Assembly (NCBI GenBank): GCA_022825705.1 | Contig: JAJDWH010000001.1 | Location: forward strand, 57,418 to 121,417 | DNA: 64,000 nucleotides | DNA from: Alphaproteobacteria bacterium | GTDB lineage: Bacteria > Pseudomonadota > Alphaproteobacteria > TMED109 | Direction of reading: 5' to 3' | Shown: one piece after another, positions 61,623 through 64,000 of the stretch | How positions within the stretch are numbered: the first letter of the stretch is position 1 | How the letters are laid out: the number at the start of each line of letters is the position of its first letter | Made by a program: the position numbers and the translations under genes | Notes under the pieces: model-generated | What the model saw: only the letters and a program-made list of their open reading frames with translations | Told to the model about the DNA's origin: nothing | The model's database searches: none

Positions 61623-61712
61623 ATTCGTTCCCTCTTGTTTGAATGATCTTTCCGAGCACTACACCCAATCCAACCACGCATCTGATTCCCCCACGGCAGT
61701 CCCGGCCGGCCG

Positions 61713-62732
61713 CTACTCCGGTCGGCGGGCATGGATCAACCGGGTCATTCCCGGCACCATCTCCTCGTCGCGGGGCATGGTGAAGCCGATTTCAGCCATT
61801 TTGCCCTTCAACCAGCCAGGTGTGACCGATCGCGCATCCGGCGTGAATGCCATGTGCTGCAGTTGCCATAACGCCGCCATCGGCGGGCCGGTGCGGTCAT
61901 CCTCCACCATGAAATCGTGGACGATGAATTGGCCGCCCGGAGCGAGGCAATCGTAGGCCTGCTGCACCAGCCGGGGCACTTCACTCCCGGGAATGCCGCT
62001 GAAGAGGTACGACATGAGGATCGCGTCCTGCCCCGTCGGCCACTCGGTCGTCAGCGCATTGGCGGGGATATAGCGCACCCGGTCCACCATTCCGGCTTCG
62101 GTAACGAACCGCCAGCCGATCTCGGCGACATTCGGAAAGTCGATGATGGTCGAGGCCAGTTCGGGAAACGTCTCCAGCAGCTGGATGGTCATGCTGCCGG
62201 TGCCGCCGCCGACATCCAGCAGGTTGCGGCAGCCCGACAAGTCGATCAGCCGCGCCAGCGTGCGACCGGGTCCGAGGGAGCCAGCATGCTGCGCCTCACT
62301 GTAGAGCGTGGCCTGCTCCGGATCCGACATCCAGTGCTGGTAGCTGTCCACCGCTTCCGGGTCGAGCGATCCATCGAGCACTTCGTTCAACTGCGTGAGG
62401 AACGGATACATCTGTTGGTCGATCTGGTAGCGCAGGTAATCCCCAAAATCATGCCGGGCGCCACGCACCAGGAAGTCCGTCGCACCCGGCGCATTGAAAT
62501 AACCGTCCTCCTCGCGGTCCACGAGGCCGATCGCGGTCAGGGCCGTCATCAGCGTCGTCATCCGGTTCACCGGGACACTTGTCTTCTTGGCGAGCGCCTG
62601 CGCCGTCTTCGGGCCGTCGGCGAGCTGGCTGAAGATATCGACATGCAGCGCCGCGAAGAGCGCTTTGGAAGCCATGAAACCGAAAGCCAGCCGCGATACA
62701 TCCTCGGCCGTTTCGGCCAATCGTTCCGCCAT
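61713..62732 (-). CDS. SAM-dependent O-methyltransferase (Methyltransf_2 / CrtF-ASMT-like)
   Basis: 339 aa with an N-terminal dimerisation/winged-helix region and the SAM motif LLDVGGGTG. Confidence 0.8.
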   Translation of the reverse strand: MAERLAETAEDVSRLAFGFMASKALFAALHVDIFSQLADGPKTAQALAKKTSVPVNRMTTLMTALTAIGLVDREEDGYFNAPGATDFLVRGARHDFGDYLRYQIDQQMYPFLTQLNEVLDGSLDPEAVDSYQHWMSDPEQATLYSEAQHAGSLGPGRTLARLIDLSGCRNLLDVGGGTGSMTIQLLETFPELASTIIDFPNVAEIGWRFVTEAGMVDRVRYIPANALTTEWPTGQDAILMSYLFSGIPGSEVPRLVQQAYDCLAPGGQFIVHDFMVEDDRTGPPMAALWQLQHMAFTPDARSVTPGWLKGKMAEIGFTMPRDEEMVPGMTRLIHARRPE

Positions 62733-62789
62733 CAGAAAGAACCCCTCGAAGCCAGATAACTGCCACGCTCAATAACTTGGCACGGGGCC

Positions 62790-63040
62790 GGGGAGTTTTC
62801 AATCGCGGAAAATTTTTGATTTGGATTACGCTGCCTATACCTACGCTAATGTCAATTCAGGGTAGTGACCGCAAAATTCATATCGCTGCATCTTTTAAGA
62901 AAACAGTCTTCATTCCCAAGATTTCGAATTCCATGAAACTCGAGTAATGGCAGTGTACGTCGTCAAAATAAAACTAAACATGTATTCTGCTGCCGAATAC
63001 AGTTGCCGGGTAAAGACTGAGGAAATACCTTGAACGTCGC
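62790..63040. other. AT-rich non-coding block inside the 482-nt divergent intergenic region
   Basis: My hand counts of G+C are 26/60 (62821-62880), 21/60 (62881-62940) and 24/60 (62941-63000). A neighbouring coding line (62641-62700) counts 35/60. Confidence 0.6.
62981..63001. repeat. Perfect 7-bp inverted repeat TGTATTC-tgctgcc-GAATACA
   Basis: Read directly from the sequence. It lies about 215 nt upstream of the TfdA-like ATG. It could be an operator or a hairpin. Confidence 0.4.
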
Positions 63041-63214
63041 CAAGTTGATTGGTGGAAGCGCGCGGGAACCGTCATCGGATATCCGCGGTCGACCTCGTCG
63101 GTTCAGTCGCGGTGGCATCGCAGCATTTCATTATGCATTTTGGTATATTTGCACCCACGGAACGCGTTTGCAGCGGCAAATTCACCGCCTTCGCGCGCTG
63201 CTTCAAGAGGAATT

Positions 63215-64000
63215 ATGAGCACCTTCAGTGTGGAACCACTGCACCCTGAATTCGGTGCGAGAGTTTCCGGAATGGACCTGCACGTTCCATTGTCCAGGGA
63301 ACGCGTTGACGAAGTTCACGGCCTCATTGACCGCTATTCATTTCTTTGCTTTCCGGACCAGTCATTTGACGATGCCCGTCAGCTCGCGCTGACGTGCAGC
63401 CTGGGAGAACCGGAAGAAAACCACGTGATCTTGGGCCAGCAGGGAGTGATCAACTTCTTCGGGACGATCGGCAACGTCCAGGAAGACGGAAGTCAATTAG
63501 GAAACCGCCATAAGCGAGTCATCTTTTCCACCGGCAACAACATGTGGCACACGGATTCATCGTTTCGCCCAGTTCCTTCCTACGTCTCCATCATGTGCGT
63601 GTACGAGGTCCCCGGGCAGGGAGGCCAGACCCAATTCGTGAGTTCTCGGGCTGCCTACGAACGCCTTCCGGACGCTCTCAAGAGCGAGATCGACCCGCTC
63701 ATCGTCATTCACGATTACGTGTTCTCCCGAAGCAAGGTCAGCACTGACGCGGTGACTCCGTCCCACGCGAAATCCCTGCCGCCTGTCCGGCAGAAGCTGG
63801 TACGGACCAACCCGCGAACCGGCGCCAAGAACTACTACGTCGGATCCCACGCCAAGGTCGTCGAGGGCTGGGATCAGCAGGGCAGCCGTCGCCTGCTGGA
63901 TGACCTGCTGGACCGTGCGGTCGGGCAGGAACACGTGTACACCCACAATTGGCGACCCGGCCAGCTCGTCATCTGGGACAATCGAACGCTGCTCCACCGC
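63215..64000 (+). CDS. TauD/TfdA family Fe(II)/2-oxoglutarate dioxygenase, 262 codons (continues beyond right edge)
   Basis: Hand translation from ATG 63215 (AAGAGGA lies 4 nt upstream) gives MSTFSVEPLHPEFGARVSGMDL...NMWHTDSSF...QLVIWDNRTLLHR, with no stop to position 64000. Absent from the ORF track. Confidence 0.8.
   Translation, partial: MSTFSVEPLHPEFGARVSGMDLHVPLSRERVDEVHGLIDRYSFLCFPDQSFDDARQLALTCSLGEPEENHVILGQQGVINFFGTIGNVQEDGSQLGNRHKRVIFSTGNNMWHTDSSFRPVPSYVSIMCVYEVPGQGGQTQFVSSRAAYERLPDALKSEIDPLIVIHDYVFSRSKVSTDAVTPSHAKSLPPVRQKLVRTNPRTGAKNYYVGSHAKVVEGWDQQGSRRLLDDLLDRAVGQEHVYTHNWRPGQLVIWDNRTLLHR

Noticed and set aside
62777-62800. TGGCAC at about 62779, resembling the -24 element of a sigma-54 promoter
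   Set aside because: No TTGC-type -12 element lies at the required 5-nt spacing; the sequence there is GGGGCCGGGG. The orientation also points away from a suitably spaced gene start.
62947-63033. 28-codon ORF (MAVYVVKIKLNMYSAAEYSCRVKTEEIP) inside the AT-rich block
   Set aside because: It has no convincing Shine-Dalgarno sequence, its codon usage is very unlike the rest of the window, and it is too short to evaluate. It was kept only as a note because it spans the palindrome.

Overview
This is a densely coding, high-GC chromosomal window, roughly two-thirds G+C by eye. Gene content and order look alphaproteobacterial; that is an inference from synteny: tpiA-secG and pyrG-kdsA-eno; a ppiD-like gene followed by trpE, trpGDC-moaC-moeA, lexA and gltX; rplU-rpmA-obgE-proB-proA-nadD-rsfS-gpmI; yejABEF; ccmABCDE; and a DUF1476 zeta-type ATPase inhibitor. 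About 75 features are called. I recognised no rRNA, tRNA, CRISPR array, transposase or integrase by eye. Gene junctions are dominated by 4-nt NTGA start/stop overlaps. The ORF track uses ATG, GTG and TTG starts and often over-extends N-termini, so many starts were re-placed by hand. It also misses three genes: ccmD (59 aa) and two edge-open genes, a moeA-like ORF at the left edge and a tfdA-like ORF at the right edge. The points most worth a second look are: (1) at the left edge, a divergent cluster of polyferredoxin-mobB-moeA-like genes facing DUF3305-DUF3306-TorD-like genes, with no catalytic molybdoenzyme in view; this is the best candidate for an undescribed system. (2) An MNT/HEPN pair whose HEPN gene carries an in-frame TAA. 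(3) An outer-membrane barrel gene whose signal peptide only gets an ATG if a C5/G5 run is one base shorter. (4) nadD has no ATG/GTG/TTG upstream of its conserved motif, but a CTG sits in a CTGA overlap with the proA stop. (5) A roughly 250-bp AT-rich block with a perfect palindrome lies between an O-methyltransferase and a TfdA-like dioxygenase. (6) A 720-bp stretch has no credible ORF. (7) The lexA operator candidate has GAAC repeats spaced by 6 nt rather than the expected 7. The right-hand 6 kb (57.7-64 kb) looks like an accessory patchwork. The rest is core metabolism.
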